From positions 3,970,001 to 4,034,000 of the forward strand of contig NC_086101.1 of assembly GCF_963921235.1 (NCBI RefSeq): a DNA stretch of 64,000 nucleotides, given 5' to 3'. The position numbers and the translations under genes are program-made. The DNA comes from Mobula hypostoma. Lineage: Eukaryota. This document shows positions 55,201 through 64,000 of the stretch, piece by piece (position 1 is the first letter of the stretch; every line of letters begins with the position of its first letter). The notes under the pieces were generated by a model. It was given only the letters and a program-made list of their open reading frames with translations. It did no database searches and was not told the DNA's origin.

Positions 55201-58200
55201 GTCACCTCAGACTCGTCTCATCATCCTTCACCCCTCCTCAGTCCACAGTCACCTCAGACTCATCTCATCATCCTTCACCCCTCCTCAGTCCACAGTCACC
55301 TCAGACTCGTCTGATCATCCTTCACCCCTCCTCAGTCCACAGTCACCTCAGACTCGCCTCATCATCCTTCACCCCTCCTCAGTCCAGTCACCTCAGAATC
55401 ATCTCATCATCCTTCAACCCTCCTCAGTCCACAGTCATCTCAGACTCCTGTCTCATCATCCTTCACCCCTCCTCAGTCCACAGTCACCTCAGACTCGTCT
55501 CATCATCCTTCACCCCTCCTCAGTCCACAGTCACCTCAGACTCGTCTCATCATCCTTCACCCCTCCTCAATCCACATTTACCTCAGACTCCTGTCGCATC
55601 ACTCCCCTTCTCCTCTCTCTCCCGGCCATCACCCTCCCCACTCTCAGTCCTCATTTCGACATGAAACGCCGACAGTCCCTTTCCTTCACAGGCGCTGCTC
55701 GACCCACTGAGTTCCTGCAGCTGATTGTGTGAGTCCTGATTGTTGCGTATATATTTAAGGTGCAGTTAGAAAACTGTTGGAAGATCAAGGAATTGATGTT
55801 TTGGTGAACTGGTACAGAAGAGGAATTAATGCTGGCATCGATTTGTCACTGTCTTGTTGAATGAAGGGCCGGTTTCTGTGTTGTACTGTTCTATGTTCTC
55901 TGTTCCCTGTTTAGAGGAATGAGAGGAGATCTCAGGGAAACACAAAACTCATCCCACGCTCAACAGGGAGGATGCACGGAGGAAGTTTCCCTGGTCTGAG
56001 GATTCGAGTGTCAGAGGTCACTGTCTCAGGATGGTGTGAACCCTCAAAGGATAGTTTATATCTGGAATTCTCTGTACCGGAGGGCTGTGCGTCTCAGTCA
56101 TTTAGTCTATTTCATGTCACAGAGACATCATTGTATCACACAGAAATGGGCTCTTCGGCCCATCACCTCTGTGCTGACCTATTTATCCACCTACACTCAT
56201 CCCATTGGTTGGCATTAGGTTTGTCTACTTCTGTGCCATCCCTATTGAAGTGTCTTTCTGAGTCTCTCTTCAACACAGTGATTGTATCTGATACCATCAC
56301 CTCCTCTGGCAGCAAGTTCCAACATCAACCACTCATTGTTCAGTACACTCACCCCTCAGATCAGACCATATGAGCATCAGACTCAGGACCAGAATTAGGC
56401 CATTCGGCCCATCGTCTGCTCCACTATTTCAGCATGCTGACCCAATTTTCCTCTCAGACCCACACTCCTGCCTTCTCCCCGTATCCTTTGGTGCCCTGAC
56501 CAATCAAGGATCTATCAAGTAACACACACAAAGTGCTGGAGGAACTCAGCAGGCCAGGCAGCATCTATGGAAAAGAGTACAGTCAACGTTTCAGGCTGAG
56601 ACCCTTCGGCAGGATCTATCAACCTCTGCCTTAAATGTACATAAAGATTTGGCCTCCACAGCAATCTGTGGCAAAGAATTCCACAGATTCACCACTAGTT
56701 GGCTGTAGAAATTCCTCCTAATTGCCATTCTGTAAGGACATCCCTCTATTCTGAGGCTGTGTCTTCTGGTGTTAGACTCTCCCACTATAGGAAACATCCT
56801 CTCCACATCCACTGTAACCATTCGACAGGTTTCAATGAGACCTCTCATCATTCTTCTGAATTCTAGTGAATACAGGCCCAGAGCCATCAAACACTCTTCC
56901 TATGACAAGCCATTCAATTCTGGAATTATTTTTGTGAAACCCCTTTTGAACACTCTCCAGTTTCAGCACATCCTTTCAGAGATAATGAACCTAAACCTGT
57001 TCACAATACTTCAAGTGAGGTCTCACCAGTGCTTTATAAATTTTAACATCACATCCTTACTTTACAAGGACATCTAAGTCCCTTTGCACCTCAGTTTTCT
57101 GTATTTTCTCTCGATGAGAATCAGAGAGGGACGGGGTGAGTGGTTTTCTTTGTCGGTCAGAATACTGAGTACAGGAGCTGGGACTTCCTGTTACGAGTGT
57201 ACAAGACGTTGGTGCTGCCACGTTTGGAACAGTGTGTACTGTTCTGGTTACCTTGCAACAGGAGGGATGTCATTCAACTGGAGAGGGTACAAAACAGGTT
57301 TACAAGGATGTGACTGGGACTGGAGAGCTTGGGTTAAGAGCAGAGGCAGGACAGGCTGGGACTTTCTCCCTGAAGCCGAGGAGGCTGTAGAGGTGGGTGC
57401 AGTTTTAAAATACATCTTGTCAGGTACCTGGATGAGAAGGGTGTGAAGGTAGAACGGGAAAATGCAACTAGGTGTTTAAAGCAAGTTGGGCTGAAGAGCT
57501 TCTCTGACCGTCTCTTTAAATCCCTGCAGTATTCACTTTGTGTGTGTTGTTCGGGGAAAACTTCGTTCTCCATCCCGGAGGAGAAACCTCGGGAAGATGC
57601 TGGTTGTCCATTCGCTGCGTTTGGGTAAAACCCCGGGAAAGGGTCCTGTCGGCCACCCGACTGTGCCTGAGGCCCAGCGGCCTCTCCCCCGGTCCGGTCC
57701 CGGGGCCGCGCTGCCCGAGTCTCCCCCCGATCCCCGGGGACTCTCTAATTCTCTGCTTCTCCCCCCAGTCTCTGTCACCCTGGATGTGGAAACGGCGCAT
57801 CCGCTGCTCGAGGTGTCTGAGGATCGGAAGAGTGTGAGACGGACCGGGACCCGGAGGAGTCTCCCTGACACCGGGAAGAGGTTCACTGTCTCGCGTTGTG
57901 TGCTGGGATCGGAGGGATTCACATCGGGGAGACATTACTGGGAGGTGGAGGTGACGGGGAATCGGCGCTGGGGTCTGGGAGTCGCCGCAGAGTCTGTGGA
58001 GAGGAAGGGATCGGTCAGACCGAGTCCGGAGACCGGATTCTGGGTCATCGGGCGGGTTGGTGATGTGTTACATCGGGATTGTGACGTCATCGATGGTCGC
58101 CCCTCCCCTGAGTCCCGTCTCCCTGCCGGTCCCATCCCCGGGAGGGTGGGAGTTTATCTCAGTTACCAGTCCGGGACAGTTTCATTTTACAACGCGGAGA

Positions 58201-58322
58201 CCAAGTCCCATCTCCACACCTTCACTGGGAATAAATTCACGGGGAAACTTTATCCTTTCTTCTGGACTTGGGATGTAAACCAGTGGCTGAGAATCTGCTC
58301 CGGTTCCGCTCCTGGTCTGTAA
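39865..58322 (+). CDS. Class IV TRIM E3 ligase (RING, B-box2, coiled coil, PRY-SPRY/B30.2; TRIM39/A33-like). Six coding exons, 1437 nt, 478 aa
   Basis: Exons 39865-40275, 40417-40512, 40903-41136, 48093-48115, 48211-48329 and 57769-58322 all have GT-AG borders and join in frame with no stop. The exon sizes 411/96/234/23/119/554 match the typical B30.2-TRIM layout. Confidence 0.93.
40417..40512 (+). CDS. TRIM coding exon 2 (96 bp, coiled coil)
   Basis: tcccag|GAC...CGG|gtgagg; DRVKSALDSLTEKKSELKEMERQQKEKISGVR. Confidence 0.93.
40903..41136 (+). CDS. TRIM coding exon 3 (234 bp, coiled coil)
   Basis: tgacag|GAA...ATG|gtgaga; EQSNGVQSHITSQFAELRQIITEKEQRLLRDLREEE...ITFLM. Confidence 0.93.
41545..43090 (-). 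mobile_element. Tc1 DNA transposon (IR/DR type), frameshifted transposase, in TRIM intron 3
   Basis: TIRs CAGCGTCTATAAAAGTATTCACC / GGTGAATACTTTTTACAGGCACTG followed by TA; motifs KVLWPDETKIELFG, TVKHGGGCIMLWG, CAKLIESYPYRLKAV. Confidence 0.92.
43270..47230 (-). mobile_element. Near full-length decayed CR1, antisense in TRIM intron 3
   Basis: ORF1 esterase VVIGDGIVRG (46377-46772); RT QGSVLG, NFADD; TTCTTATG tail near 43275. Confidence 0.92.
48093..48115 (+). CDS. TRIM coding exon 4 (23 bp micro-exon)
   Basis: tatttcag|GAGGAAGCTCGTCGGAAGAGGAG|gtagga; phase 0 to 2; EEARRKR(R). The 23 bp size is typical of this TRIM class. Confidence 0.88.
48211..48329 (+). CDS. TRIM coding exon 5 (119 bp linker)
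   Basis: tttacag|G ATT AGT...CGA G|gtaaac; ISDDKHLLSVTQGALPVEKFDQPFLLNTTLREMSDTIKR; phase 2 to 1. Confidence 0.88.
51130..53460 (+). mobile_element. Nested and chimeric CR1 fragments in TRIM intron 5
   Basis: APE pieces; YINDLDEGIKCSISKFADD; FTQRVVNLWNSLP. Confidence 0.85.
53548..53820 (+). mobile_element. tRNA-derived SINE (HE1/V-SINE-like)
   Basis: A box TAGCGTAGTGG 53557-53567; B box GGTTCAATTCC 53600-53610; central domain gtttgcacgttctcc...ggtttcctccc. Related decayed copies near 1650-1770, 18570-18720, 19090-19200 and 40585-40840. Confidence 0.8.
54884..55592. repeat. 47 bp minisatellite, about 15 units, in TRIM intron 5
   Basis: Unit TCATCATCCTTCACCCCTCCTCAGTCCACAGTCACCTCAGACTCGTC. 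Confidence 0.95.
56375..57060 (-). mobile_element. CR1 3' fragment
   Basis: LGLYSLEFRR...LVVNLWNSLPQ. Confidence 0.85.
56519..56610 (-). mobile_element. 92 bp Penelope-derived insertion with 12 bp TSD, inside a CR1 3' end
   Basis: Direct repeat AGGATCTATCAA at 56507-56518 and 56611-56622; hammerhead core mutated to CTGCCGA. Confidence 0.75.
57769..58322 (+). CDS. TRIM last exon: PRY-SPRY (B30.2)
   Basis: ccccccag|TC TCT GTC ACC CTG GAT; motifs VTLDVETAHP, LGSEGFTSGRHYWEVEV, RVGVYLSY, VSFYN, LYPFF; ends TAA. Confidence 0.95.
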
Positions 58323-58385
58323 ACGGGTCGGGTCGGGACCGGCGTCAGGCGTAAGTCAGTGTAAATATAAATGTGCCGAGAGTGA

Positions 58386-58391
58386 AATAAA
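58386..58391 (+). terminator. Candidate polyadenylation signal of the TRIM gene
   Basis: AATAAA 64 nt after the stop codon. Confidence 0.5.
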
Positions 58392-59424
58392 CACGATGTG
58401 AGAATTATCGATCCATTAATTTTAACTCGTTCACCGCATCCGTCAACGGGACAGAAACACCGCGGATTCAGCAGCAGCCGCGGGCGGCGGGTCCTGAGCT
58501 CCCCGGCTCCCCCGGGTGCTAAAGTCCACCCGCACCGGGACAGGTGAAGTGGGACAAATGGTGGTGGTGCTGACTGGGAGAGGGAGGTCAGGGTGACTCT
58601 TGGGGAGCCTGGACATGTGATGGTAACAGGCTGGAGAATCTCAGCGTGTCAGGCAGCATCTATAGAGGGAAATGGATAATTGACGTTTTGGCTCGATGTC
58701 CTTCCACTGGACTGAAAGTGAGAGCGGAGATGCCCGGTGTAGGACGGTGTAGGGAAAGCCCGGTTAAGAGCTGGCAGGTGAGGGGCTGATAGACACCTGA
58801 GGGAGGGGTGGAGTGTGGAAATGTGTCAGAAGCTGGGAGGTGAGAGGTGGCAGTGACAAAGATGATGGGCAGATGGAGAGGGTGGGTGAGGAGGGTAAAA
58901 TGCTGGAAGCATTCAGCCGGTCAGTCACAGCCCATGGATTTCGTATTCCGTTGGTTTCAATGAGATTCCGCCCTCGCCCCCCGCCACCCTCCCCACCTTG
59001 CATTCTTCTGAATCCCAGTGAGTTCAGGCCTAAAGCTGCGAAACGCTCCTCATATGTTAGCAGCTTCATTCCCGGAATCATCCTGGTGAACCTCCTCTGG
59101 ACTCTCTTCAATGACAACACATCCTTTCTGAGATAAGGGGCCCAATACGTCAGGTGCAGCCTGACTAGAGTCTTATAAAGCCTCAACATTAATAGTTCTT
59201 TTTATATTCTATTCTCCTTGAAATTAATGTCCACATTGCATTTGCATTCTTTACCACAGATTCAGCCTGTAAAATTAACCTTCTGGGAGTCTTGCACGTG
59301 GACTCCAAAGTCTGTTTGCACCTCTGATGTTTAAATGTTCTCCCCATTTAGATAATACTCTGCACCTTTTTTCCTTTTACCAAAATGTAGTATCGTACAT
59401 TTTCCAACACTGTATTCCACCTGC

Positions 59425-59585
59425 AGATGCTGGGATCAAAGCAACACCTTCTCCTTCCCACCCTCCCCCCACCTCCTTTATAGGGCCTCTACCCCTTCCC
59501 TCTATAGTCCTGACGAAGTGTTCCGGCCCGAAACGTCGACCGATCTTTTCCACGGACCTGCTGAGTTCCTCCAGCGTGTTGTGAG
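59425..59585 (+). mobile_element. Penelope-derived insertion with a short inverted 5' piece and 14 bp TSD
   Basis: TGTATTCCA(C/T)CTGC at 59411-59424 and 59586-59599. Confidence 0.7.
59506..59541 (+). ncRNA. Hammerhead motif copy with weakened stems
   Basis: agtc-CTGACGA-agtgttccggccc-GAAAC-GTC-gacc. Confidence 0.55.
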
Positions 59586-59766
59586 TGTATTCCATCTGCC
59601 ATTTTTCTGCCATTTGTCTTAAATCCTGCTGCAAACGCATTGCTTTCTCAGCACTACCTACCCCTCCACCTATCTTTATATCGTCTGTAAATTTTGCCAC
59701 AAGGCCATTAATTCTATTATCTAAATCACTAACAATGCGACAAGTAGCGGTCCCAATACTGACCCC

Positions 59767-60188
59767 TGTTACGAACCCACAGGTTTCGTTTACTGTGGAC
59801 TGTCACTTTAAGAGCGCCTGAGTGAGGCGGGACTATGACGTCAGTCACAGGCTGCTGCGAACTTAAACTCATAAACGGAGAGAGAGAGAGAGACAGAGAG
59901 AGAGACAGACAGAGAGAGAGAGAGACAGAGAGAGAGAGGGGGGGGAGAGAGGGGGAGAGAGAGAGAGAGAGAAAGAGAGACAGGGAGAGAGAGAGACAGA
60001 GACACAGAGAGAGAGACAGAGAGAGAGGGAGAGAGACAGAGAGAGAGAGACAGAGAGGGAGAGAGACAGAGAGAGAGAGAGAGAGAGGGAGAGAGACAGA
60101 GAGGGAGAGAGACAGAGAGAGAGAGAGACAGAGAGAGAGAGACAGAGAGAGAGACAGAGACAGAGAGAGAGAGAGAGAGAGAGACAGA

Positions 60189-60220
<32 letters not shown>

Positions 60221-60270
60221 CAGACACAGAGAGAGAGAGACAGAGAGAGAGGGGGGGAGAGAGAGACAGG

Positions 60271-60305
<35 letters not shown>

Positions 60306-61180
60306 CGAGAGAGACAGAGAGAGGGAGAGAGAGAGAGAGAGACAGAGAGGGAGAGAGAGACAGAGAGAGAGAGACAGAGGGAGAGAGAGAGACAGAGAGT
60401 GAGAGAGACAGACAGAGAGAGAGAGAGAGAGAGACTGGGGAAGCCGGTAGCTTCAGCTTGTCACAGCTGGGGCTTGGAACTCTCTTGGGCCCACAAGCGT
60501 GGGTTAAACATCGGCGCGGAGTGCATAACGAATGTGTGACTGTCACTGTTTGGGGGTATCTTGTGGGACCACTTTGGTAGCCCTTGCCTGGGTCTGTTGT
60601 GTGGTAACCACTGGAAGACGATATTCCCGTGACGGGTCACTTTCGGTGATCATTCGGATGTGGATTTGGAACGGCAGGACGGACAGGATCTGCGGGGACT
60701 GTTATCTCGTTTTACCAACGTGGAATCTGTGGAATAATTCGTACTTACCTTGTCTCTGCGTTTCACCTTGAATTACAAATATCTCTCTGCCATCATTTAT
60801 CACGGGGAGTACTGAACTTTCCTACTGTACCATCTCAAGTCTCTAAACCTTGTTTCACTAAGCTCAATGGTTTTTGCGTTATATTTACACACATATAGAC
60901 ACATAACACTGCTAACTTTTGTTTATCTTGGTTAAGTTACTATATTATAAATAGTTACTGATAAAGATGCAAACACGAGGAAATCTGCAGATGCTGGAAT
61001 TTCAAGCAACACGCATATAAATTGCTGGTGAACGCAGCAGGCCAGGCAGCATCTCTAGGAAAAGGTACAGTCGACGTTTCGGGCCGAGACACTTCGTCAG
61101 GAGCGGTTTTAACATCAAAACCAGACTCAGTGTAAAATCTCTTGCTGCTGGTTTGTTTCAAAACGTTACAATTCGTAACA
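59767..61180 (+). mobile_element. Solo LTR inserted in a minus-strand CR1 (about 58940-61290); contains a GA tract and a Penelope piece (about 60970-61102)
   Basis: 9 bp inverted termini TGTTACGAA/TTCGTAACA; flanks CCCC/CCTC; the CR1 QGSVLG region resumes across it. Confidence 0.85.
59878..60434. repeat. About 555 bp GA/GACA-rich compound microsatellite
   Basis: Read directly from the sequence. Confidence 0.97.
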
Positions 61181-61299
61181 CCTCCGAGGAACACCACAAT
61201 TCACTGATGGCCAACCTGAAAAAGCCCCTCTTATCCCCAGTCTCTGCCTCCTGCCTGTCAGCCGTTCTGCTATCCATGCCTGTATATTTCCCGTAACGC

Positions 61300-62330
61300 C
61301 ATCGGTGCTGGGTCCATTGGTGTTTGTCTTCAATATCAACGATCTGCATGATAGTATAGCAAGCAGAGTCATCAGACCGGCGCACAGTGGACAGCGAGGA
61401 AGACTATCAAAGCTCACAGCGAGATCTGGTCCAGCTGGAATAATAGACTGAAAACGGCAGATGGAATTTAATGGAAACAAGTGAGGTGTTGCACAGACAC
61501 CTCACACAAAATGCTGCAGGAACTCAGCAGGCCCGACACGTCGACTGTACTCTTTTCCATAGATGCTGCCTGGCCTGCTGAGTTCCTCCAGCATTTTGTG
61601 TGTGTCACTAGGACTTACAGGGTGAATGTTAGTGCACTGAGGAGTATCGTATAACAGAGAGATCTGAGAATACAGATCCAGAATTCCCTGAAAGTGGCGT
61701 CTCAGGTACAGGGGTTGTAAAGGAAATGTTCGGCACAGTGTCCTTTTATATATCAAAGTACCCTTTGAGTTCTGGAATTGGGATATTATGTTGAATTTGC
61801 ATAAGATGTTGGTGAGGCTTAATTTGGAGTATCGTGTGCCCTCCTGGTCACCTACCCACAGGAAAGATATTAATAAAATCGAAAGAGTATAAAGAAAATT
61901 TAGAAGGATGTTGCCAAGACGTGAGGACTTAAGTCATAAGGAAAGGTTGAATAGACAGGGACATAATTCCCTGAAGCTCAGGTGAATGAGGAACGATTTG
62001 ATGGAGGATTATGAGAGGAACGGTATATATCGGGAAAATGGATGCAGGCATCTATACTGTTTATGGATGGGACTACGACTAGAGTTCATAGGTTAAGGGT
62101 GAAGGGTGAAACATGAAAGGGGAAGCTGGAGGGGAACGTGTTTACTGAGAGAGTGGTGCGAGTGCGGAACGAGCTCTCTGTGGAGGTGGTTCGATTTCAA
62201 TATCTGAGCTTGGATAAGTACATGCATGGAAAGGGTGAGGTGGACTATTATCCAGGTGCAAGTCAGTGAGACTCGGCAGAATACCAGCTCAACACGGACT
62301 AGATGGGCCGAAAGATCTGTTTCTCTGCTG
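61300..62330 (+). mobile_element. Decayed CR1 RT 3' part, with an inverted Penelope terminal pair at about 61500-61605
   Basis: RT-like sequence; acacaaaatgctg.aggaactcagcaggcc and its reverse complement lie about 45 bp apart. Confidence 0.75.
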
Positions 62331-62652
62331 TTGGTGGTGGCATCAGCAAAGACCATGGATCTGCGGCTGGAAAGTCTTGCTTCAGTTTGTGTTGGTGGAG
62401 CAGCGTCTGTTGTCTGCTGTAGTGCTCTATGATTCGATGACTATTTGCAGAAATTGTCCTCTTTTGCACATTGATTGCTTGTTTTGTCTACGTGTATTTT
62501 CCACCAAAATTGAATTGTTTTTACTTATTTCGCTGTGAACGCTGACAAGAAAATGAATTTCACGTTCGTACATCGTGACGTGCACGCACTTTGATAATAA
62601 ATTTAATTTGACTTTGCTCCAGCAGGGAGTTGCACTTTGAGCCTGCCCTGCC

Positions 62653-62684
62653 TGCAGTACCGCTTTCCAGCAGCAGGTGGCGAC
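62653..62684 (+). promoter_or_regulatory. CTCF-like site with upstream module
   Basis: TGCAGTACC-GCTTT-CCAGCAGCAGGTGGCGAC. Confidence 0.4.
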
Positions 62685-62714
62685 GCCGCGCCGTGAAACT
62701 GCACTGATCTTCAG

Positions 62715-62808
62715 ACCAACACGTACAAAACGCTGGAGGAACTCAGCAGGTCGGGCAGCATCCATGGAAACGAACAGTCAACGTTTCGGGCCGAGACCCT
62801 TCGTCAGG
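62715..62808 (-). mobile_element. 94 bp Penelope-derived insertion with 12 bp TSD
   Basis: Direct repeat ACTGATCTTCAG at 62703-62714 and 62809-62820. Confidence 0.75.
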
Positions 62809-62812
62809 ACTG
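62775..62812 (-). ncRNA. Minimal type I hammerhead ribozyme motif (Penelope-associated), intact core
   Basis: CAGTC-CTGACGA-A-GGGT(CTCG)GCCC-GAAAC-GTT-GACTG. Stem I CAGTC/GACTG, conserved CUGANGA and GAAA, GUU cleavage triplet, palindromic ACGT in place of stem III. Confidence 0.75.
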
Positions 62813-63166
62813 ATCTTCAGGCTGCTCCCCATCCCATCCTCACATTGAAAGTGGCACTGTCATAAACTGAACCTTCTCACATCGATCAGCTGGATTGGCG
62901 GGATCCTGAATTCAGGGCATTAATAAAGATGAACTACTGTTTTACAAAACAGCAGAACATCAGATCGGACAAATTTCCCAACTTCCACACCCATCTTCAC
63001 CTTCCACACAGACACGTAATCAGACCTCGCCAATCCCCCATGACTCCACACACAGACACTGATCCTTAAGGAAATCTTTCTATCCGTAGTTTTAGTTTTG
63101 CTCTGAATGTGATTCTAAAATCCTCCATGACAAACCTTTACAAATCAAAGAAACTGAAGCAGAAGG

Positions 63167-63197
63167 TGCACTTCCCTGTGCGGCCACCAGGTGGGGG
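63167..63197 (+). promoter_or_regulatory. CTCF-like site with upstream module
   Basis: TGCACTTCC-CTGTG-CGGCCACCAGGTGGGGG. Confidence 0.4.
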
Positions 63198-63479
63198 AAT
63201 TGCCCCAGTTATTCGCTCTCACACTCTGCTTTCACCCATTCGGGACGGAATGTACCAGCAGATGCTCAGTGCATCGCTGTCAGGCTGGCGTGTAGAATAC
63301 TTAGTTCATGAGAATAAAACAGTTCCCAGCTTATATTGCGCTATATTACGGAAGCCCTCCAGTCACGGTAACACTCTCATGGAGAGGCGACTTTTCCAAC
63401 TTAGTGATACCTTGAGTCTCTGCACCCTGAGATGCCGATCTGTGCCAAGGAGCTACTGTGAGGGTCGGGCCTTCGTTGG

Positions 63480-63960
63480 CATTGGAGATGGTCCAGAGAA
63501 GGTTCACGAGAATGATCCAGAAATGAAAAGGTTAATGTATGAGGTGTACACGCTGGAGCTGGTAAGGATGAGGGTGGTGGTGGTGATGTTATCTCAGTGA
63601 AAACTAGCAAATATTGAAAGGCCCAGATAGAGTGGCTGTGGAGAGGATGTTTCCAATAGTGGGAGAGTCTATGACCAGAGGACACAGCCCCGGAATAGAG
63701 GCAACAGAGATCAGGACAAATTTCCTGAGTCAGAAGGTGGTGAATCTCTGGAACTCATTTCCACAGACTGCCATGGTCCGAGTCACTGAGTATATTTAAA
63801 GTGGAGATGAATAGGTTCTTGGTTAGTCAGGAGATCAAGGGTTATAGGGAGAAGGCAGCAGAATGGGGTTGAGATGAAAAATCAATTGGCCATATTGGAA
63901 ATGCTGAGTTATTCGATGGGCAGATTGGCCTGCTTCTGTCACTCCATCTTATGGTCCAAT
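63480..63960 (+). mobile_element. CR1 3' fragment
   Basis: FLSQKVVNLWNSFPQ. Confidence 0.8.
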
Positions 63961-64000
63961 TAAGACTCTTCTTATTAGCACAATTTGGTCTTTTCTCAGG

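Noticed and set aside
54571..55732. Ser/Pro/His-rich long ORFs
   Set aside because: They are translations of the 47 bp minisatellite.
57540..57768. N-terminal part of the 260 aa ORF as a standalone SPRY gene
   Set aside because: It is intronic read-through before a clear acceptor at 57768.
59835..60546. ER-rich and SL-rich ORFs over 200 aa
   Set aside because: They are translations of the GA microsatellite.

Overview
Eukaryotic genomic DNA, vertebrate and probably from a cartilaginous fish such as a ray (inferred from the repeat families and gene style). Most of the window is decayed retroelements: CR1 LINEs with zinc-finger/esterase ORF1, Gypsy remnants, solo LTRs, Penelope-like ends, Rex/Babar, Tx1, tRNA-SINEs and one Tc1. 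One intact gene can be assembled by hand: a 6-exon RING/B-box/coiled-coil/PRY-SPRY TRIM (39865-58322, +, 478 aa). Two immune-gene relics lie on the minus strand and are not recovered as such in the ORF track. The first is two exons of a complement factor B/C2 serine-protease domain (17335-17481 intact; 22580-22716 frameshifted; the catalytic-Ser exon was not found). The second is a decayed NKp30/NCR3-like Ig-V exon plus a transmembrane exon (640-2207). Together these suggest an MHC class III-like neighbourhood. Other notable signals: (1) short Penelope-derived inserts of about 95-160 bp carrying minimal type I hammerhead ribozyme motifs, three with 12-14 bp target-site duplications; (2) a CR1 whose deleted middle seems to reappear 4.6 kb away; (3) three CTCF-like sites with identical module spacing around the TRIM; (4) interferon-type motifs (GAS, ISRE) upstream of the TRIM. 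All homology calls are by eye from remembered family motifs; no searches were run, and repeat boundaries are approximate.
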